The notes beneath the pieces were generated by a model. That model worked only from the letters and a program-made list of their open reading frames with translations. It searched no databases and was not told the origin of the DNA. The translations under genes were made by a program, and so were the position numbers. Positions 54,192 to 64,000 of a stretch of DNA of 64,000 nucleotides are shown here, one piece after another. This DNA comes from Variovorax sp. YR752. Lineage in GTDB: Bacteria; Pseudomonadota; Gammaproteobacteria; Burkholderiales; Burkholderiaceae_C. Positions within the stretch are counted from its first letter, which is position 1, and each line of letters opens with the position of its first letter. The DNA is taken from positions 6,518 through 70,517 of the forward strand of contig CAMATD010000001.1 of NCBI GenBank assembly GCA_945860785.1, read 5' to 3'.

Positions 54192-54965
54192 ATGAACCGC
54201 CGCTCTTTCTCCGCCGCCATCGTCGCCGGCGCCGCCGCCTCCACCCTTTCCACGCGAGGCCTCGCGTGGACGCTGGCACCGGGCGTGCGCAACGTGGTGC
54301 TGGTGCATGGCGCCTACGCGGACGGCTCCTGCTGGTCCGACGTGATCGCACGGCTCCAGCAAGCGGGCCTGAAGGCCACCGCGGTGCAGAATCCGCTGAC
54401 CTCGCTGGCCGACGACGTGGAGGCCACGCGGCGCATCCTGGCATTGCAGGACGGCCCGACCGTGCTGGTCGGCCATTCGTGGGCCGGCACGGTGATCAGC
54501 GAAGCCGGTGTCGACCCCAAGGTGTCGGCGCTGGTCTACGTGGCCGCACGTGCCCCCGATGCCGGCGAGGACTATGGAGCGCTCGCCGCGAAGTTCCCCA
54601 CGCCGCCGGCCAGCGCCGGCCTCGTCAAGGCCAATGGCTTTGCGCAGTTGAGCGCAGAAGCGTTCCTGCGCGACTTTGCGGGCGATCTCGACCCGGTCAA
54701 GGCGCGGGTGCTGTATGCCGTGCAGGGCCGCATCTCCGACACGCTCTTTGCCTCACGCACCACGCAGGCCGCATGGCGCTCCAAGCCGTCGTGGTACGCC
54801 GTCTCGACCCACGACCGCACCACCTCGCCCGAGCTCGAACGCTTCCTCGCCCAGCGGATGAAGGCGAAGACGATCGAGGTCGAATCGGGTCATCTTTCGC
54901 TGATCTCTCACCCGGACCGGATCGCCAGCCTGATCCTGGAGGCGGCGGGAAGTTCCAGGGCCTGA
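54192..54965 (+). CDS. Tat-exported alpha/beta hydrolase
   Basis: MNRRSF; VLVHGAYADGS, GHSWAG and SGHL. Confidence 0.9.
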   Translation: MNRRSFSAAIVAGAAASTLSTRGLAWTLAPGVRNVVLVHGAYADGSCWSDVIARLQQAGLKATAVQNPLTSLADDVEATRRILALQDGPTVLVGHSWAGTVISEAGVDPKVSALVYVAARAPDAGEDYGALAAKFPTPPASAGLVKANGFAQLSAEAFLRDFAGDLDPVKARVLYAVQGRISDTLFASRTTQAAWRSKPSWYAVSTHDRTTSPELERFLAQRMKAKTIEVESGHLSLISHPDRIASLILEAAGSSRA

Positions 54966-55088
54966 GCCCCCGATCGTTGCAAAAACGGAAACGCCGTGTC
55001 GACGAAAGCCCCGTGTTATTCCCCATTCAGAGGTCTATCTTTGAACCCATGCGAACAAGCCGTTCGCAGTCATTTAGGAGTAGTTGCC

Positions 55089-55235
55089 ATGTCCACAGCC
55101 CTTCATTCCGAAAAGAGCCTCCTTCAGCAAACGAAGCTGTCGGTGGCCCAGGTCCATGCCATCGCTACGCACCGCCTGCCGGTGACGCTGACTCTCGCGG
55201 CGATCATCCTGTCGGTGCCCGGCGTCAAGGCCTGA
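55089..55235 (+). CDS. 48-aa ORF, small membrane peptide or deletion remnant
   Basis: AGGAG RBS at 55076-55080 and a hydrophobic C-terminus; no family recognised. Confidence 0.35.
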   Translation: MSTALHSEKSLLQQTKLSVAQVHAIATHRLPVTLTLAAIILSVPGVKA

Positions 55236-55258
55236 AATCGGTGTGACCGTGGTCGGAC

Positions 55259-56224
55259 TCAGTCCGGCTTGATGTCCGCCGCCTTGATCACCTTCGACCA
55301 GGTCGCCAGCTCCTGGTCGACGAACTTGCCCAGGGCCGCCGGGTCCATGTAGGTGGCGAAGGCGCCCTGCTCGTCCACCTTCTTGCGGAACGCATCGCTC
55401 TCGACGATCTTCTTGATCTCCGCGCTCAGCTTGTTGACGACCTCGGGCGGCGTCTTCGCCGGCGCGAACACCGCGAACCACGACTCGACCTCGTAGCCCG
55501 GCAGCCCCGCCTCGGCCGCGGTCGGCACATTGGGCATCGACGGATGCCGCTTGCTGCCCGTGTACGCCAGCGGCTTGATGCGGCCGCCCGCGAAGTGTCC
55601 GATGACCGAGGGCGGCGTGGTGATGAACATGTCGACATTGCCCGCGATCAGGTCGTTGATGGCCGGACCCGAGCCCTTGTAGGGCACGTGCGTCATCGCT
55701 TGCTTCGATTGCCGCGACAAGAGCTCACCCGCAATGTGCTGGATCGAGCCGTTGCCGGACGAGGCGTAGAACAGGCCGCCCTCCTTCTTCTTGCCGTACT
55801 CGATCAGCTCCTTCATCGAGTTCACCGGCAGCTTGCCGCTCACGGCGACGACGTGCGGCGCGCGCATCACCATCGCCACGGGCACGAAGTCCTTGGTCGG
55901 ACTCCACTTGATCTGCGGAAAGAGCGCGGGGTTGCCGACGTGGTAGCCCGAGTACTGCATCAGCAGCGTGTAGCCATCGGGCGCGGCGCGGGCCACGAAC
56001 TCGGTGCCGATGTTGCCGCTGGCGCCGGGCTTGTTGTCGACCACGATGGGCTGGCCCAGCGCGCGCTGCAGCGGATCGGCGACCAGGCGGGCCATGATGT
56101 CGGTAGAGCCCGCCGGCGCGGTCGGCACGACGAGGGTGATGGGTTTCGAAGGCCAGGTGTCGGCGTTCGAGGCGGTGGCGGCCAGCGCAAGGCTGACCGC
56201 GAGAAGGCGGTGGATGGGTTTCAT
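55259..56224 (-). CDS. Bug/TctC substrate-binding protein
   Basis: WPSKPITLVVP, DNKPGASGNIG and HVPYKGSGPA. Confidence 0.92.
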   Translation of the reverse strand: MKPIHRLLAVSLALAATASNADTWPSKPITLVVPTAPAGSTDIMARLVADPLQRALGQPIVVDNKPGASGNIGTEFVARAAPDGYTLLMQYSGYHVGNPALFPQIKWSPTKDFVPVAMVMRAPHVVAVSGKLPVNSMKELIEYGKKKEGGLFYASSGNGSIQHIAGELLSRQSKQAMTHVPYKGSGPAINDLIAGNVDMFITTPPSVIGHFAGGRIKPLAYTGSKRHPSMPNVPTAAEAGLPGYEVESWFAVFAPAKTPPEVVNKLSAEIKKIVESDAFRKKVDEQGAFATYMDPAALGKFVDQELATWSKVIKAADIKPD

Positions 56225-56271
56225 GGTTTGTCTCCGGTTTTGTTGGTTTGCTGTCCTCGAGGCCCGCCCCT

Positions 56272-56652
56272 TCAGGGCGCGAGCTCCGATATCTCGATGA
56301 GATTCAGGTCGGGGTCGCGCACGTAGACCGAGCGGATGCGGGATGTGGCCCCTGTTCGCATGACGGGGCCTTCGATGATCGGCACCTGCTTCTCCTGGAG
56401 GCGCGCGACAACGTCTTTCAGCGGCACGCTCGCGATGAAGCACAGGTCCAGCGAGCCCGGCATCGGCACATGCGCCTTGGGCTCGAACTCGTGGCCCTTC
56501 ACATGCAGGTTGATCTTCTGGTTGCCGAAGCGGAAGGCCTTGCGGCCCGCGCCGAAAGTTTCCAGCGCCATGCCCGTCGCGTCGACGTAGAAGCGCACAC
56601 AGGCTTCTTCGTCGGCGGTGGTGAGCACCAGGTGATCCAGGTGGTCGATCAT
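56272..56652 (-). CDS. VOC/glyoxalase family protein
   Basis: LDHLVLT, FGNQKINLH, PGSLDLCF and SVYVRDPDLNLIE. Confidence 0.9.
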   Translation of the reverse strand: MIDHLDHLVLTTADEEACVRFYVDATGMALETFGAGRKAFRFGNQKINLHVKGHEFEPKAHVPMPGSLDLCFIASVPLKDVVARLQEKQVPIIEGPVMRTGATSRIRSVYVRDPDLNLIEISELAP

Positions 56653-57629
56653 GCTTGCTCCTTTTGCAGGCGTGCATTCGCACGCTCGACGATGTCGTTG
56701 AAATCTGCCGGCGGCGCGTGCCGCGTCAGGCGGTGTCCGGCGCGCGAGACCTGGCTGGACAACTCATGCTGCACCAGCGATTCGAGCTGCTCAGCAGCGG
56801 CGACCACCCCGTCCAGATTCATGCCGGTGTCGTAGCCCATGCACTGCAGCATGTGCACCACGTCCTCGGTCGCGACGTTGCCGGTGGCGCCGGGTGCATA
56901 GGGGCAGTCGCCGATGCCGCCCAGCGACATGTCGAGCCGCCGGATACCCGCCTCGACGGCGGCCACCGTGTTCGCGAGGCCCATGCCGCGCGTGTTGTGG
57001 AAGTGCGCCGTCCACTCCAATGCCGGATGCCGCGCGAGCACAGCATCGCAGACCGCCTGCACCTGCGTCGGATAGGCCATGCCGGTGGTGTCGCACAGCG
57101 TGATGCCCTGCACGCCCAACACCGCGAAACGGTCGATCCAACCCAGCACAACAGACAGCAGCACTTCGCCTTCCATCGGGCAGCCGAACACGCAGGAAAG
57201 CGACACGTTCACCGGCACGTCCGCCCGCTTCGCCAGCGCGACGACCTCGGCCAGCTGCGCGAACGACTGCTCGCGCGTCATGCGCAGGTTGCTGAGGTTG
57301 TGGGTTTCGCTGACCGACATGACGATGTTGAACTCGTCGATGCGGCTTTCCAGCGCGCGCTCGGCGCCTCGCACGTTCGGCACCAGTGCGGTGTAGACCA
57401 CGCCCGGACGGCGGGCGATGCGGTGCATCACTTCCTCGCCGTCGCGCAGCGCGGGGATGGCCTTGGCCAAGGTGAACGAGGTCACCTCGATCTTGGCGTA
57501 GCCGAGCGTGCTCAAGCGATCGACCAGCGCGACCTTGTCGTCAGTGGGAATGAAGCGGCTTTCCATCTGGAAGCCGTCGCGCGTGGCGACCTCGTTGATT
57601 AGGAGCCGTGTGCCGTTGCCTGCTTTCAT
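56649..57629 (-). CDS. Hydroxymethylglutaryl-CoA lyase family
   Basis: EVATRDGFQ, CDTTG, HFHNTRG and CPYAPGATGNVATED. Confidence 0.9.
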   Translation of the reverse strand: MKAGNGTRLLINEVATRDGFQMESRFIPTDDKVALVDRLSTLGYAKIEVTSFTLAKAIPALRDGEEVMHRIARRPGVVYTALVPNVRGAERALESRIDEFNIVMSVSETHNLSNLRMTREQSFAQLAEVVALAKRADVPVNVSLSCVFGCPMEGEVLLSVVLGWIDRFAVLGVQGITLCDTTGMAYPTQVQAVCDAVLARHPALEWTAHFHNTRGMGLANTVAAVEAGIRRLDMSLGGIGDCPYAPGATGNVATEDVVHMLQCMGYDTGMNLDGVVAAAEQLESLVQHELSSQVSRAGHRLTRHAPPADFNDIVERANARLQKEQA

Positions 57630-58798
57630 ACCGCCTCGCTTTCTGTGCGGCGTGCAGGCCAGCCTGCGCCCTGCAGATCTTCGGTGTGCTCGCCAAGCCG
57701 CGGCGCCGCATGCGCGATGCGCCCCGGCGTGGCGCTGAGCTTGGGCACGACGCCCGGCACCTTGAGCATCTCGCCGTCAGAGCCGCGCGCCTCCACGATC
57801 ATTTGGCGCGCCAGGTACTGCGGGTCGGTCGCGATGTCGGCCACCGTGTAGAGGCGCCCCACCGGAACGCCGGCCGCATCGAGCACGGCCAGCACCTCGT
57901 CGCGGCTGCGCTGCAGCGTCCACGCCTCGATGGCGGCATCGATCTCTTCCACCCGCAGCACACGGCCGTCGTTGTGCATGAGCTGCGGGTCGTTCTCGAG
58001 GTCGGAGCGGTCGATGGCCTGCATCAGCCGGCGGAAGATGCTGTCGCCATTGCCCGCCACCAGCACGTAGTGACCGTCGTTGCATCGGTAGGCATTGGTC
58101 GGTGCAATGCCCGGCAATGCGCTGCCGGCACGCTCGCGCACCGCACCGAAGGCGTCGTACTCGGGCAGCAGGCTTTCCATGACGTTGAAGACCGATTCGT
58201 AGAGCGCCACGTCGATGAACTGACCCTGGCCGCCATGCGCTGTGCGATGGTGCAGCGCGGTCAGCACGCCGATCACGCCGTGCAGGGCTGCGAGCGTGTC
58301 GCCGAGCGAGACGCCCACGCGCACCGGCACCCGGCCCGGCTCGCCACTGAGGTAGCGCAAACCGCCCATCGATTCGCCGAGCACACCGAAACCAGGTTTG
58401 TCGCGGTAGGGCCCGGTCTGCCCATAGCCCGAGATGCGCAGCATGATGAGCCGCGGGTTGAGCGCATGCAGCTGCTCCCACCCCAGGCCCCAGCCTTCGA
58501 GCGTGCCGGGCTTGAAGTTCTCGATCAGCACGTCCGCTTCGAGCGCCAATGCGCGCACGGCCTCCTGCCCTTCGGCGCTGCGCAGGTCGAGGCACACCGA
58601 GCGCTTGTTGCGCGACTGCACCTCCCACCAGACCGAGGTGCCGTCGCGCAGCATCCGCCATTTGCGCAGCGGATCGCCGACACCGGCGGGCTCGACCTTG
58701 ATCACGTCGGCGCCGAACTCCGCCAGGGTCTTGCCGGCGAACGGGCCGGCGATGAGCTGGCCGAGCTCCAGCACCTTCAGGCCTTCGAGTGCGTTCAT
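57626..58798 (-). CDS. CaiB/BaiF family III CoA-transferase
   Basis: LEGLKVLELGQLIAGP, ENFKPGTLE and ISGYGQTGPY. Confidence 0.92.
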   Translation of the reverse strand: MNALEGLKVLELGQLIAGPFAGKTLAEFGADVIKVEPAGVGDPLRKWRMLRDGTSVWWEVQSRNKRSVCLDLRSAEGQEAVRALALEADVLIENFKPGTLEGWGLGWEQLHALNPRLIMLRISGYGQTGPYRDKPGFGVLGESMGGLRYLSGEPGRVPVRVGVSLGDTLAALHGVIGVLTALHHRTAHGGQGQFIDVALYESVFNVMESLLPEYDAFGAVRERAGSALPGIAPTNAYRCNDGHYVLVAGNGDSIFRRLMQAIDRSDLENDPQLMHNDGRVLRVEEIDAAIEAWTLQRSRDEVLAVLDAAGVPVGRLYTVADIATDPQYLARQMIVEARGSDGEMLKVPGVVPKLSATPGRIAHAAPRLGEHTEDLQGAGWPARRTESEAV

Positions 58799-58936
58799 GT
58801 TTGCGTCTGTCTCCGTGTAGGGTTGCCCCAACTCTAGAAACAGATCGCGATGAATGGAATTGCTTTGACGGCAGCACGCCTTCGCAAAACGCGAAGGCCC
58901 GCAGCCATGAGGCAGCACGCTCTCTAGAATCCGCCC

Positions 58937-59844
58937 ATGGCAAGCCCCATCAACCCGGCCCGCGTCGACTTCGTGACGCTGCGCCTCTTCTGCGCCGTGG
59001 CCCAGTCCGGCAGCATCACCAAGGGCGCGGAGGCGTGCCACCTCGCGCTCTCGGCGGCGAGCCGGCGGCTGTCGGACTTCGAGGCGGCCACGGGGTCGCA
59101 ACTGCTCGAACGCAGCTCGCAAGGCATCGCGCTCACACCCGCCGGCCATGTGGCGATGCAGCATGCGATGCGGCTGTTCCAGGGCTTCGAGCAGTTCAGC
59201 AACGAGCTGGGCGACTATTCGAGCGGCGTGCGCGGCCATGTCAGGCTGTGGGCCAACATGTCGGCGCTGACGGAGTTTTGCCCACCGCGCTCGCCACCTT
59301 CCTCGCACAGCATCCCGATATCCGCATCGAGGTCGAGGAGCAGTTGAGCGGCGACATCGTGCGCGCGCTGGTCGATGGGCTCGCCGACGTCGGTGTGTTC
59401 GCGGAGAACACGCCCGCCTACGGACTCGACGTCGCGCCCTTCCAGACCGACGAGCTCGTGGTGCTGTGTGCCCGGCAACATCCGCTCGCACGCACCCGGC
59501 GCACCGATTTCAAGACCTGCCTCGCCCACGAGCTCGTCGGCCTGAACCGCAGCAGCTCATTGCTCGCACTGACATCGCGCGCCGCCGAGCAGGCCGGCAT
59601 CCCGATGCGCCTGCGTGTGCAGGTGCGCAGCTTCGATGCGATGTGCCACATGATCGCGGCCAACCTCGGTGTCGGCGTGGTGCCGCTCGCAGCCTGCAAG
59701 GCGCAGGTGGCTGCGCTCGATCTGAAGGTGGTTCGGCTCAAGGATGCGTGGGCCACCCGCCGGTTGCTGATGGCGACGAAGACAGGCTCAGCCCTGTCAC
59801 CGGCGGCGCAGTTGCTGGTTCAACATCTTCTGGAAACCCGCTGA
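58937..59844 (+). pseudogene. LysR regulator, -1 frameshift in T-run near 59278
   Basis: HTH in ORF 58937-59347; substrate domain (LPTALATFL...VRSFDAMC) is in another frame. Confidence 0.88.
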
Positions 59845-59848
59845 CCCC

Positions 59849-60271
59849 ATGACCCCTTCGATCATTGCCACCGCCACGGAAGAAGAAGTCAGAAGCGGCG
59901 TGCTCAGCCGGCACCTGCGGCAGTTCAACTACGGCTTCGTCGGCGAGTACCCCGAGTCGCAACCGGTCTGGCTCAACGCCAAGGATGCGGACGGAGAACT
60001 CGTGGGCGGCCTGCGCGCCTACGTCTTCCTGTACTGGCTCCGCATCGACGTCCTCTGGGTGGCGGAGGCTGCACGCGGCCAGGGTCCGGGCTCGCGCCTG
60101 CTCGCCGAAGCCGAAGCGCGCGCTACGAAGCTCGGCGCGCACAGCGCGGCCCTCGAAACCTTCGAATGGCAGGCGCGTGGGTTCTACGTCAAGCAAGGCT
60201 ACGAGGAATACGGGCGCATCGACGACTACGTCAAAGGCTTCTATCTCGCTTCGATGAAGAAGAAGCTCTGA
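59849..60271 (+). CDS. GNAT acetyltransferase
   Basis: LWVAEAARGQG.GSRLL and QARGFYVKQGY. Confidence 0.9.
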   Translation: MTPSIIATATEEEVRSGVLSRHLRQFNYGFVGEYPESQPVWLNAKDADGELVGGLRAYVFLYWLRIDVLWVAEAARGQGPGSRLLAEAEARATKLGAHSAALETFEWQARGFYVKQGYEEYGRIDDYVKGFYLASMKKKL

Positions 60272-60577
60272 GAGCCTGTGTACGATCTATTTGGGCCACG
60301 TTGAGGCTTGTTGTTCGGGGCGCGATCACGCCGACGGTGTGCTCTGCTCCGCGAATGTCCCCCGGCGCGGCCTAGGGCCGCATGCCTCCTCCTTTATTTC
60401 GCTGCGCAGAGCACACCGCCGGCGTGATCGCTCGGCGCAGCGGTTGATCGGCCGGCACAACGGCAGCGTCCACTGTGCACAGGGCACCGGGTGCTCCCCG
60501 CAGCGAAATAAAGGAGGAGCGAAGCGGGGGACATTCGCGGAGGGGAGCACCCGGTGTCCTGTGCACGCACCCCGAAT
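60272..60577 (+). mobile_element. Two-module copy of the MITE/REP-like element with one terminal repeat
   Basis: Begins GAGCCTGTGTACGATCTATTTGGG immediately after the GNAT TGA. Confidence 0.82.
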
Positions 60578-60601
60578 GAACCGCACACCACACCATGCAG
60601 C

Positions 60602-61162
60602 TCAAGCCATCCGCTTCACCGCCCCAATCCACTTCTCGAACGACTTCATCTGGTCGCCCACGAACTTGCGCGTCGTCTCGTCGGTGCAGTTTCCTTCGGC
60701 ATCGAACTTGCCCCCCGCCCCGCCGATGAAGACTTCGGGCTTCGCCAGCACCATCGCATTCACGAACAGCATCACGCGCCGCACGTCGTACTGAACGCGC
60801 GCACCGCCGAGCGGACCGGGGGACGCCGAGAGAATCGCCACCGGCTTGTGCGCGAAGGGCTGGTCTTCGCCCCGGCTGAGCCAGTCGATCACGTTCTTGA
60901 AGGCGCCGGGAATCGAGAAGTTGTATTCGGGCGTGGCGATGACGAGGCCGTCGGCACGGGCGATGCGATCTCGCAGCGCTTGAACAGAAGCCGGGTAGCC
61001 CTTGGCGAAGACATCCGCATCGAACGAAGGCACCTCGCGCCATTCGACGACATCCAGCCGCATGGATTCAGGCATCAGCGAGCCGGCGAGGTTCAGGGCC
61101 GCCCGGTTGATCGACCCGCTGCGAAGGCTGCCGCAAAGGCCGATGATATCCAGAGTACTCAC
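60602..61162 (-). CDS. NADPH-dependent FMN reductase (ChrR/YieF-like)
   Basis: GSLRSGSIN and TPEYNFSIPGAFKNVIDWLSR. Confidence 0.92.
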   Translation of the reverse strand: MSTLDIIGLCGSLRSGSINRAALNLAGSLMPESMRLDVVEWREVPSFDADVFAKGYPASVQALRDRIARADGLVIATPEYNFSIPGAFKNVIDWLSRGEDQPFAHKPVAILSASPGPLGGARVQYDVRRVMLFVNAMVLAKPEVFIGGAGGKFDAEGNCTDETTRKFVGDQMKSFEKWIGAVKRMA

Positions 61163-61366
61163 GGCGTTTTCCTTTTTCGATGTTCAGAAGTTGGTTGTCG
61201 GCGACTATGGCGCGGGACCGCAGCGCAAGGAAGCGATTTTGCGGAAACCTTATTTTCTGCGCACGGAAGAATCGCCAGCCGGGGCCGGCGAGCCCAGAAC
61301 GAAAGACTGACTTGCCCGCCCGTGCCGGAGCCGCCAGACTTTGCGCATGCCCTTGTTCCAGCATTC

Positions 61367-62209
61367 ATGACCACCAGCAAGCCCGCACGCCACCTGTCGG
61401 CCGTGCCGTCTACCTTGAAGATCCCCCTGGCCGCGCGGGCCTCGGGCGATGCGATTTTTCCGCAGGTGGCCGTGCGGGATGCCTACGCTGCCGGGATCCT
61501 GGAAAAGATACGCGACGACGGCGAAGCCCTGCCCGAAGACCGGGCGACCATCTACGGCATCCTCGCGCGCACGCGCCGCTTCCGTACCCTGGCGCAGGAT
61601 TTTCTGAAACAGCACCCCGGCGCCCGCGTGGTGAACATGGGCTGCGGCCTGAGCCATTACTTCCAGTGGCTGGACGACGACAAGTCCCGCATGACCGATG
61701 CCGACCTGCCCGAGGTGCTCGAACTGCGCCGCGAACTCATTCCCGAGACCCATCCACGCCACGATGTCCGCGAGCTCGACCTGACCTCGCCCGACTGGTG
61801 GAACCAGCTCGGGCTGCCTCGCAAGCGCAAGGCGCAGCCGGTCTTCCTCTTCACGGAGGGCGTGTTCATGTACCTGAAGCCGGAGGCGGTGGAGGCGGTG
61901 CTCGCCGCCTTCGGGGAACGGGCCCCGGCCGGCTCGGTGCTGGCTTTCGATGCCCTGTGCTGGATCGCCACGGGCCGCGCAAGGAACCATCCCTCGGTGC
62001 GCCCGACCGGGGCGGAGTTTCTCTGGGGCATTCGCCGCCCCGCGGAGCTGACGCAGCCCCACCCGCGCCTGCGGCTCGACGCCACCTACCGCGTGATGGA
62101 AGGCCTGGGCCTCGCGTACACGCTGCTGGGCCCGATGTTCAGGATGTTCTTCGGCGTGCCGCTCTATGCGGTGTACGCGCTGAGCGCCGTGGATGCGGCC
62201 GATACATAA
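61367..62209 (+). CDS. Class I SAM-dependent methyltransferase (LCM/TcmP-like)
   Basis: TLKIPLAARA, VVNMGCGL, DLPEV and TEGVFMYL. Confidence 0.85.
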   Translation: MTTSKPARHLSAVPSTLKIPLAARASGDAIFPQVAVRDAYAAGILEKIRDDGEALPEDRATIYGILARTRRFRTLAQDFLKQHPGARVVNMGCGLSHYFQWLDDDKSRMTDADLPEVLELRRELIPETHPRHDVRELDLTSPDWWNQLGLPRKRKAQPVFLFTEGVFMYLKPEAVEAVLAAFGERAPAGSVLAFDALCWIATGRARNHPSVRPTGAEFLWGIRRPAELTQPHPRLRLDATYRVMEGLGLAYTLLGPMFRMFFGVPLYAVYALSAVDAADT

Positions 62210-62412
62210 ACGCACAATTTCCCGAATCGGCGGCTTTGTCCGGCCTGCATTGCGCGGAATGGCTGACGCCACGCAACCCCGGGCGGCGTCAGGCTTGCCG
62301 CTGTTCCCATCGCGGAAAATCCTTGATGCGCTTCTCGCTGCCTTAGGATGTTTTTCCGAAGCCCGCCTCGTTTTCGCATTCCCCTCAAAGACTCGCAACC
62401 CTCAAGAAACAC

Positions 62413-64000
62413 ATGCTTGATCGCCGATCCTTCCTTGCCGCAGGCGGTGCCGCCGCCGCACTCGCCGCCCTTGGACTGCCCACGGAGGCGCTGGCCGCCA
62501 ACGGCCTGCAGCTGAGCCAGCCCTCGCCCTTCTCCTTCGACAACCTCGTCGCACAGACCAAGCGCCTGGCCGCGCAACCCTATGCGGCCGCCGCGCCGCT
62601 CGCACCCGACGTGCTGGAGCGCATCGACTACGACGCGCACGGCAAGATCAAGTGCGACCCCGCCAACGCCCTCTTCCGCGACGGCCCCGGTGCCTTTCCC
62701 GTCACCTTCTTCCACCTCGGCCGCTTCTTCCAGACGCCGGTGCGCATGCATGTGCTCGAGAACACCGACGGCGATGCCTTCTCGCGCGAAGTGCTCTACA
62801 GCCCCACCTATTTCTCGATGCCGCCCGACAGCCCCGCACGCGCGTTGCCGCCTGGCGCGGGTTTCGCGGGTTTCCGGCTGCAGGAAAGCCGCCTGGGCGA
62901 CCAGGGCAAGCTGGACTGGCAGCAGAACGACTGGGTCGCCTTCCTCGGCGCCTCGTACTTCCGCGCGATCGGCGAGCTCTACCAGTACGGTCTCTCGGCC
63001 CGCGGCCTCGCGCTCGACGTGGCGGTGCCCGACAAGCCCGAAGAGTTTCCGACCTTCACGCGCTTCTACTTCGAAACGCCGGCCGCCAACAACACCACCT
63101 CGATGACGGTCTACGCCCTGCTCGAAGGGCCGAGCGTCACGGGCGTCTTCAAGTTCATCATGCAGCGCGGCAAGGCCGTGATCATGGACATCGATGCGCG
63201 CCTCTTCCTGCGCCGCGACGTGGCCCGCCTGAGCCTGGTGCCGCTGACCTCGATGTACTGGTACTCCGAGACCACCAAGCCCACCGCCATCGACTGGCGG
63301 CCCGAGGTGCACGACTCCGACGGCCTCGCGATCTGGAACGGCGCGGGCGAGCGCATCTGGCGCCCGCTCAACAACCCGACGCAGACACGCGCCTCCGCCT
63401 TCGCCGACACCAAGCCGCGCGGCTTCGGCCTGCTGCAGCGCGACCGCGCCTTCGACCACTACCAGGACGGCGTCAACTACGAGAAGCGCCCGAGCCTCTG
63501 GATCGAGCCGCTGGGCGATTGGGGCGAAGGCTCGGTGCAACTGATCGAGATTCCGACCGACGACGAGATCCACGACAACGTCGTCGCCTTCTGGGTGCCG
63601 AAGGCGGATGCCAAGGCGGGCTCGAGCTACAGCCTGCAGTACCGCCTGCACTGGACCGACCAGGAGCCCTTTCCGTCGCCGCTCGCACGCTGCGTGGCCA
63701 CGCGCATCGGACGCGGCGGGCAGCCGGGGCAGCCGCGTCCGCCGGGCGTGCGCAAGTTCATGGTCGAGTTCATCGGCCAGCCACTCACCACCGTGCCCTT
63801 CGGCGTGAAGCCCGAGCTGGTGCTAACGGCGCCGCGCGGCAAGTTCTCGTACGTCTTCGCCGAGGCCGTGCCCAACGGCGTGCCCGGCCACTGGCGCGCG
63901 CAGTTCGACTTCACGCCGGAAGGCAACGAGCCGATCGACATGCGGCTCTATCTGAAGAACGGCGAACAGACGTTGACGGAGACCTGGCTGTTCCAGTACC
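62413..64000 (+). CDS. opgD: Osmoregulated periplasmic glucan biosynthesis protein D (runs off window end)
   Basis: Tat MLDRRSFL; FLGASYFRA, YGLSARGLA, WRPEVHDSDGL and RPSLWIEP. Confidence 0.9.
   Translation, partial: MLDRRSFLAAGGAAAALAALGLPTEALAANGLQLSQPSPFSFDNLVAQTKRLAAQPYAAAAPLAPDVLERIDYDAHGKIKCDPANALFRDGPGAFPVTFFHLGRFFQTPVRMHVLENTDGDAFSREVLYSPTYFSMPPDSPARALPPGAGFAGFRLQESRLGDQGKLDWQQNDWVAFLGASYFRAIGELYQYGLSARGLALDVAVPDKPEEFPTFTRFYFETPAANNTTSMTVYALLEGPSVTGVFKFIMQRGKAVIMDIDARLFLRRDVARLSLVPLTSMYWYSETTKPTAIDWRPEVHDSDGLAIWNGAGERIWRPLNNPTQTRASAFADTKPRGFGLLQRDRAFDHYQDGVNYEKRPSLWIEPLGDWGEGSVQLIEIPTDDEIHDNVVAFWVPKADAKAGSSYSLQYRLHWTDQEPFPSPLARCVATRIGRGGQPGQPRPPGVRKFMVEFIGQPLTTVPFGVKPELVLTAPRGKFSYVFAEAVPNGVPGHWRAQFDFTPEGNEPIDMRLYLKNGEQTLTETWLFQY

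Noticed and set aside
60291-60794. Recurrent ORFs containing ANVPRFAPPLFRCGE / RMSPASLLLYFAAGS as a protein family
   Set aside because: They are translations of the palindromic repeat, with frames and lengths inconsistent between copies.

Overview
GC-rich betaproteobacterial chromosomal DNA; gene content and protein style suggest Comamonadaceae, probably Variovorax-like (inference). The window holds about 62 genes, mostly catabolic or regulatory: a Tat phospholipase C module, an AHL-type acylase, cbpAM, two tandem M20 peptidases, a methylcitrate (prp) cluster, metE/metR, a D-glutamate-cyclase/pxpBCA/biotin-carboxylase cluster, the valine mms cluster, scoAB, a CaiB-HMGL-VOC-Bug cluster and opgD. 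I saw no rRNA, tRNA, CRISPR array, transposase or phage genes. Three things stand out. (1) About 16 genes, roughly a quarter, are broken by nonsense transitions at inferred Trp/Gln codons, 1-bp frameshifts or deletions, which looks like early genome erosion. (2) A non-autonomous structured repeat family occurs six times in different states of collapse. It has IS5-like ends, two inverted hairpin modules sharing an SD/anti-SD-like core, and sits mostly right at stop codons. (3) A 9-bp tandem array in the divergent prp/ScfR promoter looks like an amplified TTTGCRAA-type operator. All product calls come from motif recognition, not database searches.
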